A stretch of 64,000 bases of DNA, taken from the NCBI GenBank assembly GCA_051362555.1, contig JBPQGU010000016.1, positions 1,116,001-1,180,000 on the forward strand. Reading direction: 5' to 3'. Numbering within the stretch: position 1 is the stretch's first letter; each line of letters starts with the position of its first letter. Made by a program: the position numbers and the translations under genes. Positions 34,551 to 46,496 of the stretch are shown here, in pieces. Below the pieces are notes generated by a model. It was not told the DNA's origin and did not search any database. It saw only the letters and a list, made by a program, of their open reading frames with translations. This DNA is from Lingula anatina. Lineage: Eukaryota > Animalia > Brachiopoda.

Positions 34551-37429
34551 CTAGAGGATCAGAGAGGCGATACCGCCTCCGAATATTGTACCACCAGCTG
34601 GAGCAAGTGCATTCGTATAGACCCCCACATACACAAAAGAAGGGACACAGCCACCAGTCTTATGCTTGACAAGCTGTAAAAATGCAATCAACAAGAATTT
34701 TCAAAATATGCAAAAAAATAAATATAACTTAAAATGGTACAATCAAAGTTAAGTTCATCGTAAGGTAGGTCAAAGGTCAATTTCAAGGTCACAGTAAATT
34801 GCCAGTATATGACTTCATATTCAACTTTAATGGTAACTATGGACCTATCTCTGCCAGGTTTGGAGTTAAAAGAGAAAGAAATTTGCAAAGTTCAGTTCAT
34901 AGTGAAAAGTAGGTCAAAGGTCAATTTCAAGGTCACATTTAGATTACCAGTATATGACTTTCCATGCAAGTTCAATAGAAACTATGGACCTATCTCTGCC
35001 AGTTTTGGAGATAAAAGTTAACCAAAATTTGCAAAATTCAATTCATGATAAAAAGTAGGTCAAAGGTCAATTTCAAGGTCACACTTAGATTGCCAGTATA
35101 TGACTTTCCATGCAAGTTCAATAGAAACTATGGACCTATCTCTGACTTCCTATTCAAGTTCAATAGTAACTATGGACCTATCTCTGCCAGTTTTGTAGAT
35201 AAAAGGGAAAAAAAATATGCAAAGTTCAGTTCATGGTGAAAAGTAGGTCAAAGGTCAATTTCAAGGTCACATTTAGATTGCCAGTATATGACTTCCTATT
35301 CAACTTCAATAGTAACTATGGACCTATCTCTGCCAGTTTTGGAGATATAAGGGACTATATGTTTTAATTTTGGAGTTACCATAATGTGCCATAAATTTCC
35401 TACAGAAAAAATTAATTAAAATAAAGAAAAGGTCATTTTGGTCAAAATTCTTGAAATAAGAGGTGCTCTGAAGTTCCAGATGTTCAAATTGGATGAAATA
35501 ATGTCATTTTTGACCACAAGTTGTCTGCTTTGCCAAGCCTTATGTTTTATTTTTCCGGAGTTCAAAATTTATTATCCATTACCGTACTCCACATTTTGCT
35601 TTCACCACCAATATGTGCCAGTATATGACTTCCTATTCAAGTCCAATAAAAACTATGGACCTATCTCTGCCAGTTTTGGAGATAAAAGGGAAGCAAAATT
35701 TGCAAAGTTCAGTTCATGGTGAAAAGTAGGTCAAAGGTCAATTTCAAGGTTGAATTTAGATTGCCAGTATATGACTTCCTATTCAACTTCAATAGTAACT
35801 ATGGACCTATCTCTGCCAGGTTTGGAGTTAAAAGAGAAAGAAATTAGCAGAGTTCAGTTCATGGTGAAAAGTAGGTCAAAGGTCAATTTCAAGGTCACAT
35901 TTAGATTGCCAGTAAATGACTTCCTATTCAACTTCAATAGTAACTATGGACCTATCTCTGCCAGTTTTGAAGATAAAAGGGAAGCAAAATTTGCAAAGTT
36001 CAGTTCATGGTGAAAAGTAGGTCAAAGGTCAATTTCAAGGTCGAATTTAGATTGCTAGTATATGACTTCCTATTCAACTTCAATAGTAACTATGGACCTA
36101 TCTCTGCCAGGTTTGGAGTTAAAAGAGAAAGAAATTAGCAGAGTTCAGTTCATGGTGAAAAGTAGGTCAAAGGTCAATTTCAAGGTCACATTTAGATTGC
36201 CAGTATATGACTTCCTATTCAACTTCAATAGTAACTATGGACCTATCTCTGCCAGTTTTGAAGATAAAAGGGAAGCAAAATTTGCAAAGTTCAGTTCATG
36301 GTGAAAAGTAGGTCAAAGGTCAATTTCAAGGTCACATTTAGATTGCCAGTATATGACTTCCTATTCAACTTCAATAGTAACTATGGACCTATCTCTGCCA
36401 GTTTTGGAGATATAAGGGACTAAATGTTATAATTTTGGAGTTACCTTAATGTGCCATAAATTTCCTACAGAAAAAATTAATTAAAATAAAGAAAAGGTCA
36501 TTTTGGTCGAAATTCTTGAAATGGGAGGTGCTCTGAAGTTCCAGAAGTTCAAATTTGATGAAATAATGTCATTTTTGACCACAAGTTGTCTGCTTTGCCA
36601 AGCCTTATGTTTTATTTTTCCAGAGTTCAAAATTTATTATCCATTACCGTACTGCACATTTTGCTTTCACCACCAATATGTACTTTTTGACACAGCGTAG
36701 CTCGAAAACCGTATGGAATACAAAAAAACGGAGACCACCTCCAGTGTTGGGCTTTACATGCTCTACAAAATGCAAAAAAGAATGGGTCTCTAGCATTAAC
36801 GGTCCCCGAATTAGAGACAGTTTTCAGTTTCGGTATCTTATGGCCGCTACTCCCGTTAAAATGCACCGATTGACCCCAAATTCACGGAGATGAAAGATGA
36901 CCTGAAGGGTATCATTTTCCAATAATATTATTGGTTAAGTCTGTGTGGTGTCTGAATAACAGCGCAAATAATTTTTTTTTCGTAAAAAAATTCATTTTTT
37001 TGAAAAATTTGGCCTGTTTGACCTTGAAATAAAGGTCAAAGGTCAAATCCAAGGGCATATTTGAAATCTACACATATGACTTTTGGAAAGCCGTCTGTAG
37101 AAATTTTTCCCATAATTCCTTCCGTAGGGTAGATAATTAGCATTTAATTTTGCCATTTTTGGACAAGGGTGCATTGCAATGAATGCCACACCTAGACCCC
37201 AATACCGACAAAGCCCAAATTTTACGTGGAACGAGTTGAGATTATAGGTGACCTAAATCCAAGAGATGGGTATGGGGGCCCTTACCGTCTAGGAGGAGAA
37301 GCGGTAACGGTAACATGGCGGCGGAGCCGGCGGAGCCGGCGGAGCCGGCGGAGCCGCAGGAGCCGGCGGAACGGACCGGACGGGACTAAAACCATGTGTA
37401 CCGCCAGCGCTAACGCTGGTGGTACAATA
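34551..37429 (-). mobile_element. HINE copy C with internal partial duplication
   Basis: Same termini as A. The array is split into 34765-35345 and 35616-36412 by a duplicated unique block (35346-35615, repeated from 36413). Confidence 0.85.
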
Positions 37430-37759
37430 ATAATGACAAAATGAGAATATTCAAAATAATGATAATAATTTGTATGCCCCCCCCCACTCAAAAATCGATG
37501 AGGGGTCAATTAACTGAAGCCTCCATGCATGGTCTTGTTATAAATAAAAATTCCCCATTAAGATAAGCACATATCCCAGCAAGCACTTGTGGTCATACCT
37601 TATCAGTAGCCCTATCTTATACCTGAGAGTACACTTTCCCTGCTTGCTATATCAGGTCAGTAGATTTGTATGTGTCAAGTAAGCAATGAGATGCTATTTA
37701 TATCTTCTGCTGCATGGGCCAATTTAGAAAGGATTTGGTGGTGGCAATAATGCAGCTAT

Positions 37760-37798
<39 letters not shown>

Positions 37799-39247
37799 GG
37801 GAGAGAGAGGGTTTGGAAGAACCCTCCACAACGAAGCTTTTAACAAGTTTTGTGAAGGAGTAGGACTCCGACCTTGCCTTATGTAATACTGTTGATCACA
37901 AGATCTCAGCTTTATGTCAACAAAGCTATATGCTATTTTTAAAAACATTCCAAGGGCAAATTCAGTTTCTTTATTGATTGACATTAGTGTATTTATTCAT
38001 TGATAATTTTTAAAGGGGGGAGGTAAAACCACTCTGACTGAGCTCTCAGTCAAATACATCCAAAACATTCCCATTCAAGAAAATCTAATTCCTTCTAAAG
38101 TAATGAAATCCTTAACTGGATCAAGAATTAATGTCAAATAGTCCAGAATACATAAGAGATTAAACAACAATGGCAGTAGGATTTTTATAAAATTAAATGA
38201 ATAGACATTAAACCCTCCTTATAAAAAATCCTGCATTTGACTCTGCAAGTCACAAGATTGTGCAATTAATAATGGAGTGCTATTTATAACTCTCACTCTG
38301 GGAAACCCCCTTCTAAAATATAAATGACACAATATGAGTAATAAATATTATCTGCATAATATCATGAAATGGAGCAATACTCACTCAAATCAATTCCACT
38401 GTATATCACTCTGTGGCAACATTTTTTTATCATATTATACTATATAAAATTGTTGCTTTAGTAAAATTTTCAAAGGAAATACATTGAAAATATGCAACAA
38501 ATATGCATATGATTAATATTTCAAATTGAGGACAGTGAGGGTGAAAAACATCATCTTTTTTATTCTTCTTCGAAAAATGTTATCATATATTACACTTCTC
38601 ACCTCCAAATTCTTGTTTCCTTACTTTCCGCAAACGGCAAAAGTTACAACTTACTGTCCCCAACCCTTTATTACAATTTCTCTGTACTCATTCAAAAAAC
38701 CAATGCAAAAATTTTACATCAATAAAAAAACGCATCGCACTGAGAAATGCATGATGCAAGAAAAAAAACCCGATCCACCCCCTACGACGCCAATAACGTT
38801 GCTCACAATATACAGTTACCATACAGCGGCATTGTTAACGTGAACCGCGATGCCGCAGCACGCGTGCCTGGACGCCGCGCAGTAAACGATCACGTTCCGT
38901 GTCAAACAGCTGTTTAAGGGTGACCTAGTTTTGCCAACTTTAGCGGTGCGCGCATGGGCACGTTGATGTTACGCCACCGGTCACGAACCCCCACGAATTC
39001 TCCTCAACAGCTGTTTTGTTCAGTAATTCTTGACATGTACGAAAATTCTTTGACCTGTATTTAATAGCCAATATTTCCGTGGCAGAGGGAATTTTTTGAT
39101 GACGCGAAAATAAACCGTTGGGGAAAATCCCAATTTGCGTTTTTTGACGTTTAATCTAGAGCTCAAATCTTACACTGTTACATAGAATAGTAATACGATC
39201 AATTTGATAATTTTTTTTCTGTATTTTCTCTCCCTACAAAAACTTAC

Positions 39248-39795
39248 CCTGTCCTCAACGGTACGTCGATCACTTGTGACACTGTCCTTTTCTTGTTTGT
39301 TTCTGAGGACAAAGTTATCGAAGGAGTCGGGTCGCTTTTTAAGTTCAAGTCCGCCATCTTTGAGTAATCCGTGTCCATGTCTTGCAATCTGGCAGATTTT
39401 CGACTCTCTAACAGCCGAACCTCTTCCAGCGGTCTCATGAGCTCCGGAACACTGTCCTGGTCTTCCCCGGCGTCCGGTATAATGATCACAATGTCCTCGG
39501 GTTTGTTGTGTTTTATCACCACCCCTGACAGTTCCCGGCCATGATGGGTGAGGAAAACTTTCTGGCCCCGCTTTAGTTTGGCGTCCGTGATACTCTGAAA
39601 ACCCGGACCAATGATATCAGTGTCAAGGATCTCTTTTGTGTGACCATCGTCGAAGTTGACGGTGTAAAAAGTCCGACCGTTCGGTGTCGGATTTGACCCC
39701 TCCAGAACGCCCGAGTAATACCGTCCATCTTGCCACTGAGCAGCCACTCTCGTGCCTACAATAGAACGCTTCGCTAGGCGTCTTGTCCCAAACAT
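39248..39795 (-). CDS. ZNF395: ZNF395-like exon 1 (N-terminal DUF4772/Tudor-like region)
   Basis: ATG at 39795, MFGTRRLAKRSIVGTRV (compare ZNF395 RRLGKRSLLGARV). Donor GG|GTAAGT is phase 2, matching exon 2. Confidence 0.85.
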
Positions 39796-39949
39796 CGTCT
39801 CTCGAAACTCCCTCAACCGTTCCCCAAGGTATCGTTCCACTTTTCTAAGGTTTTTGGGGTAAGCAATACCAGGAGATTTATTAGATTTTTTGCCTTAAAG
39901 TTGATGTCGCAGTTTCACCGGTTGCTTACATCAGCGGTTTGTTTTGGTC

Positions 39950-40080
39950 TAGATGGGAGGCGTGGAAATACCGGCAAACTTGGTGTACCACGTGACATTG
40001 TTTTGGTCCGCTGATTGGTTCATTGCAATAGTTTCTACCTTATGATTGGTTTAAAGTTCTAAAACTGTCAATCAATCAAA
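39950..40080. promoter_or_regulatory. Candidate shared promoter between the divergent ZNF395-like and CULT genes
   Basis: GC-box-like GGGAGGCGTGG, E-box CACGTG (about 39989) and two ATTGG (CCAAT) boxes (about 40014 and 40045), between ATGs 800 bp apart. Confidence 0.45.
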
Positions 40081-40594
40081 AGTGACAACCAGCTGATTGT
40101 TAAGATTTTTTTCAATACAACTTTTATTTCACTGATTTAGTACTTAGATATGAGATCAATACAGATATTCACTACCATTTTATCGTACAGACAACATATA
40201 TTCTTCTCATTTTGTGTCCTTGAGCGTCAATTTTGTTTCGATCTGCCAGGTTTTTTACCGCAACAAGCTCCGCCCTACATTCTGTTTATATAGATTCTAT
40301 GAAGTCAAATTTTACCCTCTGCAAAACATCTACCTAGTATTTCAGTAATGCCACAAAGATCACAAATATACTTTTTAAGCTGTGGATTAAGCCGGAAACC
40401 ACTGATTAATGCCTTTAATACATACTTACACATTTGTGACACTTTGAATACGTTTTACTAAATTGGGGCAATTTTCCAAAAGGGGAGGGAGGATGTTGGA
40501 ACAGCGGCAACAAACGCGGTGCTCAGGTCACAGGTTGTTCATAACACATCCCGAAGATCCCACTAAAAATGTCAGCCCCCTTGTAACAGCACAG

Positions 40595-40679
40595 ATGCCA
40601 CCGTGGACATCTTGGAGTAGTTCGCTCATTCTTTTTGTGACTTTGGCATCGGCGTTAGGGCACCCAGAGCAGTTTGAAG
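40595..40679 (+). CDS. Secreted cereblon-like CULT-domain protein, exon 1 (signal peptide)
   Basis: MPPWTSWSSSLILFVTLASALG-HPEQFE; donor G|GTATAT, phase 1. Confidence 0.75.
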
Positions 40680-41183
40680 GTATATGCGGCGCGTTTATTT
40701 GCTCACCTGAAACTTATATAGTATTCGAATATACAGTTTGCTAAGCCTAATCGTTTGTTCAAGTTATCTGAATGAAATAGACATATTGTACGTGTATCTT
40801 TGTAAATAACATGTGAATGCTGTATGTGTTCAGACCCATATATATTTGGTGCTTGAAACTCCAAAATTGTGCTATTTATTTGCATACATGTACCGGTATA
40901 TCTGCATGGCTTTCTTATTATTCTACTTGGCCACCCCCCCCCCCCCCCCCCCCGGCCCCCTCCTCCCCAAAAATAAATGAATAATAATAGCAACAACAAC
41001 AACAATAATAATAATAACGGTTAAAAATAAAACAAGTATAGCAAAGGGAACATGGGCAACTTGATTAGAACTTGGAAAAATGTTAATAATTAATTTTAAA
41101 TTAATAATAAATATTACGTACTGTTGTACATCAGATGTACAAGTACACCTGTAGCGATTTGGGGTGAGTGCAGAAAAATCACC

Positions 41184-41256
41184 AGCCAGACCAGGAATCG
41201 AACCCGGGACCTCTCGCTAACAGGGCGAGTGCTCTTACCTACTGAGCTATCCGACC
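41184..41256 (-). mobile_element. tRNA-derived repeat (SINE head or tRNA pseudogene)
   Basis: A box TAGCTCAGTAGG, B box GGTTCGATTCC, cloverleaf-like; the acceptor stem has three G-U pairs and the anticodon loop lacks U33. Confidence 0.6.
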
Positions 41257-41801
41257 GGTTCTACCTGCGTCTGGCACTACACACCAAACCATGCACATAC
41301 ACATTATCTTTGTAACAAGGTTTCCCATCGGTGAAATAGATTTTTCTAGATCACTTGTGACATTAGCGATATTGAAATTACAAATCATGTCTAAGATTAA
41401 TTATATATACATCATTTCTGAGATTAAGTACGACATTTTTTTTTAACCAGCAATGATATCCTAACTTTTGGTCAACTCGCATCAATGAATCAGCAGTTCT
41501 GTAGCCAGGTCGATTGGTGGTATTCGAAAGAACCCATTTTTTTGCCAGAAAAAGGTCTCCTTTGGGCAAAATTATATCTAGGTACATGAAGGTTTCATGG
41601 TAAAAGGTCCATTTTTTTTCAGATAAAGAACCACCCATTTGAAATCAGCCATAAATGATAACAATTTTAAGAAAAGCGCTTATAGATGACAGGCCTTTCA
41701 AAATCATGTCTAATAGCTTAAATGATTTTTTGGTCCCTTTAGAAATGATTTACTTTCAGTTTTATTATACCTGATATGTTTTACTTGTAATTGCGTTACA
41801 G

Positions 41802-41948
41802 ATTATTTACTATGTCGTCACTGTGGCCATGAGGTTGCCAAGGCGTCACATTTGTTACACGTACCTAGTCCACTGGCCCTGAGACAGAGAAACGACACAA
41901 TACTGGGCGTGAAGGAAGTCCTCATACAGCTCTTTCAAAATCCACAAG
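41802..41948 (+). CDS. Secreted CULT protein exon 2
   Basis: DYLLCRHCGHEVA...RNDTILG...LIQLFQNPQ: first CxxC and the NPxG motif; phase 1/1. Confidence 0.9.
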
Positions 41949-42300
41949 GTAAATATATCCAAGTGTACTTGAAAGGGATGTGATGATGTACATGCATAAC
42001 AAGAATTCCCTGCGAATATTATAATCATTAATGTAATATATGATATCATAAACAGTATTGCAGGAAAAGAAGGCTACCACATGCAGTTGTATAAATTGTG
42101 TATATTTAGTGGGAATGCAGGTTGTAATGAACTGTGTTAAGTCTGCAAAGTTATACATATGAAAAATGAAATAAGAGTCATAAACATACATATATAACTC
42201 ATTTAAAGCATATGCTATTGTACTAGCGTTATCAACTGAACTGTTTTTATTATATATTATTATTATTATTTATTATTATTATTATTATTATTAATTTCAG

Positions 42301-42356
42301 GAAGTCAGTTTGAAATAATTGCAGCTCAAAAGGCAGATGTTTATAAGTTAAATAAG
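42301..42356 (+). CDS. Secreted CULT protein exon 3
   Basis: GSQFEIIAAQKADVYKLNK; tttcag| and |gtaatg; phase 1/0. Confidence 0.88.
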
Positions 42357-42823
42357 GTAATGTGATTTGAAAATATTCAGTCTGTGCTATGCAGTTGGTA
42401 AATTTTGTGAAATAAGAGCATCTGTAGTGTAGCCTGCTTTGAATTTCTGACTTTCACTGTCACTTCAATTATATTTACAAAAAAAAAAAAAAAATAGAAG
42501 AAAATGATCATGTTGAAAAGTTTGATTAGCTATAGAATTTAAATAAGATTTGAAAGTTTATTGTTGTTGTTTTTTTTTTTTTCTTGCAATACCATGAGAA
42601 ATAAACTGATACTTTACCAGCCAATATTTCACTTGCTTGCTGTCCATGTACAGAAACATTGGCTGGGGAAGTGTCAGCTCATTTCTCAAGCTGTCTACCA
42701 AAAAAATAAATAAATAAATAAACAAATAGAAAAATGATCCATCTTTCATTTGGATTCTAGACACCATATTATGCATATTTTTGTTTACCTATTTTTAGAC
42801 TTTTTTCCTTTAATTGATTCCAG

Positions 42824-42903
42824 GCATTTATTGAACATTCCTGGTTCCCTGGGCTGACCTGGAGGGTCAGTGTCTGTCCTCGCTGTGGTCATCATTTAGG
42901 ATG
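42824..42903 (+). CDS. Secreted CULT protein exon 4 (tri-Trp cage)
   Basis: AFIEHSWFPGLTWRVSVCPRCGHHLGW, compare cereblon EHSWFPGYAW..AQC..C..HIGW; phase 0/2. Confidence 0.93.
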
Positions 42904-43188
42904 GTAAGGGGAACACACACCATATGTAAATATAACACACATTTGCACACACATAGTGTCTGTACTATAGCTATGGAGAGCACATTTTATTCTCTGCTAT
43001 GTTTATGCTTAAAAGTATGTACCCATTGATGGGCAGCTGAGTAAAAAGACAAGATTACCAATTTTAACAGCTTCCTCCAGTCTTTATTTCTGTGCTATAA
43101 TAACTACTACACACTCAGATATTTTATTGTTTTCTATAGTTGATTTAATTGAGCAAAAGTTGCCATACATTTATGTGATATATTTTAG

Positions 43189-43289
43189 GTTCTTTGAGCC
43201 CCATACCCATGATTTACCAGAGACCTACCCTGAAGCCATCAAAGACGGGTTTGTTGGTCTCATTCTGGAGAATTTACTGCATCAGGACT
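43189..43289 (+). CDS. Secreted CULT protein exon 5
   Basis: FFEP...DGFVGLILENLLHQD (FxGL strand); phase 2/1. Confidence 0.88.
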
Positions 43290-44126
43290 GTAAGTGTGCA
43301 AGCACAAGCAGAACATAATTAGTTACTTTGCATCCTTTAACACCACTGCCATTTCTCCCCAGCATTGTTAAGCACTACTTCACTGTGGTAACCTTACTCC
43401 ACTTCAGTATAGATTCACCCTAGAAAATTCAACATATTAAATATAATAACTTATTATTAAATTTAAAAACTTTGTGTAATAACCAATTTTTTAAAATCAA
43501 AATTACACCTTAATTTCTGGGACCCAGAAGTGCAAAATTTCTTGAATCTGTAAGTGAAAACATAGAGGGAGTAATGGCCCAGCAGGATTCAGTAACAGCG
43601 CAGTGAGTAATAAAGTGGAGACAAGTTATAAGAGGAGATGCCATATAATTATTAAAATATAACCATACTTTTCACAAAACACAGATATACATAGCAGCCT
43701 CAAGTATGGCAGATTTAACATCATCTCTACTAAGGTCCTTTTCACATCAAATATGCTGATGCACTTTCTGCAATTGACAGCAAAGCAGCTAGCCTGCATG
43801 GCGATACAATGAAAATGAAAAAGAGTCACCAAAACGGATTACCCTTAGTATTATATATTACTCTAATTGTACGAAGAGGCCATATATATTGCTTAAGTAT
43901 ACTGCCTGATGTGAAAAGCCTAAGAGTTACATCTAGCACAATTTCTTTAATGCAATGGTACCATTTAATACATTTTCTCCTCAGCATATAAACTGCACTT
44001 GCCTAATACACACTTATTAGTTGTTGTGTAGTTACTGGTTAAAATGACATATTTAGGCAGTGTAGGAGTTCCGATAATCTAGCTAAATTGAAATTGAAAA
44101 ATAATTTATACTTTTTTTCTTTTCAG

Positions 44127-44170
44127 TTGCTGATTCACTTCTTATAACTCCGAAGTCTTATCTTAGCTGA
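44127..44170 (+). CDS. Secreted CULT protein exon 6 (C-terminus)
   Basis: Strong pyrimidine tract and cag|; FADSLLITPKSYLS*; total CDS 513 nt = 170 aa. Confidence 0.8.
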
Positions 44171-45419
44171 CATCAGCTCATACAGTGACAAACTGAGATA
44201 TGTGCAGATTGTGCTCTTCCTTTCTCACCTAACACAATTTAATTTTATATCCAGATATAAAATTTTGTTGTTTACCATTGCTACATTAAAAAATGAAAGT
44301 CATTGTTGCATGATTGCAGATGAAGGTGTAAAATGACTACATCCAATATAACATGTCTTGAGTAGTGGCATTACGTCAGGAGTCATTTTAACTGAAAGTT
44401 AATTTAATTAATGTTAGAATACCTTCATGTAACATTGCAGCACTTGCTCATTTTCAAGATTATATCTTAAAAAGTTTACAGAAATGCATGAAAAGAAGAT
44501 TAAGTGATTTTTTCTTGTGATAGTGCATTTATTTTATGTAATAAAACCTTCAGAATTCTACAGTAATTGTCTTAGTATTTATGAGAGTGTCTTAATCTTG
44601 GAATTGCATGTACAGCCTTTTGCAACTTTCTTTTTTTTTTCTAATTCTTAAAGAATAAATACATACAGTTAGATATACAGATGTACAATAAATGAAAATT
44701 AATCAAACCATAAGTAATGAAAGAAAGGAGAAAAGTCTTACTTTGCATAAACATTTTGAAGGTAATGGGATGGGCCCATTATTAGAAGTAGTGTGACAGT
44801 GTAATAAGCTAGGACCCTAGAAAGTTAATAAATTTTAATTTAATTTTAATTTAATTGATTAAAAAAAAAAAACGGAAAAGATCTGAAAACGAGTTTGGAT
44901 CTTGCACGAATGAATGAGCTAGCGGATGAAAATAAAGACGCGTGAACAAAATCCGTGACAAAATTCTCCAGCGTTATAATTCGTGATACATCAAGAGAAC
45001 CTTTACGACATACTTTATAAAGGGTATCGGTTTTTGGCAAATATTGATTAGTCCCCCAGTGACACCATAATATTATTTGTTCAGCAAAATGCCAAAATTT
45101 GTAGAATATATGAATAAAGCCTGGTATTGTTTAATGCCATGTAACAGAAGTTTTTTCTAGTAAACTAAAATACTTTTTCTTTCTATTTCATGAATATTTT
45201 CTTTAACAATTTTAAAGTATTTTAAGGAACCAAGCGCAATTTGTAACTCGTCGAAACCCAGGTAAATGCTGATTTCACCTAGTCAAATGACATAAAAAGT
45301 AATAGTGAAAGCAAAAACAGATTGAGAAAGACATCTCAAGGACCAAATGAATTCCACTGGACCGACAGTGCCTTACGAACAGTCAAACAATCGTTATATT
45401 CACTACACAAACCTTTGTT

Positions 45420-45630
45420 ATGGAAGAACTTTCTGATCCGTCCAAAAACATGGCTCGCACAGTCAACGTTGTGTCTTCTCGACGGCTAATACAGATAGCT
45501 GGTCGTCTTATTCTGGAGTTCGGAGTTAAATTCTGGAAGGGTTGTTGTACCTGCGCCCTTGGGCTGATGCTCCTGTACTGGATGTATGGGAGCCTGGTTG
45601 CCTTGCTGCTGTTGTTTTTCGCAATCATTG
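45420..45630 (+). CDS. ABHD13: ABHD13 exon 1 (N-terminal membrane segment)
   Basis: MEELSDP...FWKGCCTCALGLMLLYWMYGSLVALLLLFFAII; donor G|GTAGGT; alternative ATG at 45450. Confidence 0.85.
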
Positions 45631-45847
45631 GTAGGTACCTGTAGTTGCGGTCTTTGCATTGTTTTATTAAGCGGATGTGTTAATTTCTTTCTTTTCTTTT
45701 TTTTTTTTTTTAGATTTTTTTATTCACTTTATTTATTATTTTTTTTTGGGGGGGGGGTCACTAGAATATCTCTGTATGAGAGCATCCATTTGTTGTAAAG
45801 ATATATTCAATATTTATAGTCAGACATGATTTTTGTCATTTAAAAGT

Positions 45848-45878
<31 letters not shown>

Positions 45879-45964
45879 GCCCCAGCATCTCCCAGATGCA
45901 CACTGGGGTCATAATTACTTAGCACATAATTCATCATTAAGGCCGCAAAGCCATTGCTTGCAAA

Positions 45965-46121
45965 CCTGGGCTCCATAACTCGAAAGCATCGCCAATTGCG
46001 AATAACAATATCACCTTTTATTTCAAGGTTATTGCATGGGGCGAGTAAATCCAGAGTTACGGAAAATAGACGCTTGAGCTCGGTTGCAATTTTGTGATGC
46101 TTTTGAGTTACGGAGTTCAGG
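45965..46121. mobile_element. MITE; second family member at 61491-61635
   Basis: TIR cctgggctccataactcgaaagcatc / gatgcttttgagttacggagttcagg. Confidence 0.65.
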
Positions 46122-46234
46122 TCTGTATACAGTATTGCTGTTGTCTTCAGGATATAAAATTAATGTACTACACCCTACTGCAGTATCCAGCTAAAATGCA
46201 TTGGAAACAATCACAAATGTTATCCACATTGCAG

Positions 46235-46460
46235 GTGTACTGTACAACCTTCAGGACAAGTTACTCTACTATCCCGAGGAGCCGGCACACTCCAGGATCT
46301 ATGTAAAACTTCCTCAGGGCCTCAGTTACGAGAACATCTTCACACACACCTCTGACGGGGTACAGATCAACATGGTTCTTATAAAACAGCCACAGGGAAG
46401 GTTTGGAATGGCACCTACCATGGTTTTCTTTCATGGGAATGCTGGAAATATTGGGCATAG
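46235..46460 (+). CDS. ABHD13: ABHD13 exon 2
   Basis: VLYNLQDKLLYYPEEP...PTMVFFHGNAGNIGHR. Confidence 0.95.
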
Positions 46461-46496
46461 GTAAAGCAGTGTTGTGGTTACTTCTGGTATGATTTA

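Noticed and set aside
39796-39840. N-terminal extension of the ZNF395-like protein shown in the ORF track
   Set aside because: Starts at GTG; the first in-frame ATG is 39795, directly before the conserved RRLAKRS motif.
41184-41256. Functional tRNA gene
   Set aside because: Weak acceptor stem and non-canonical anticodon loop; better explained as a tRNA-derived repeat. tRNAscan-SE would settle it.
41470-41645. Segment shared with 47330-47435 as a conserved regulatory element
   Set aside because: More simply two decayed fragments of an interspersed repeat; no termini to classify.
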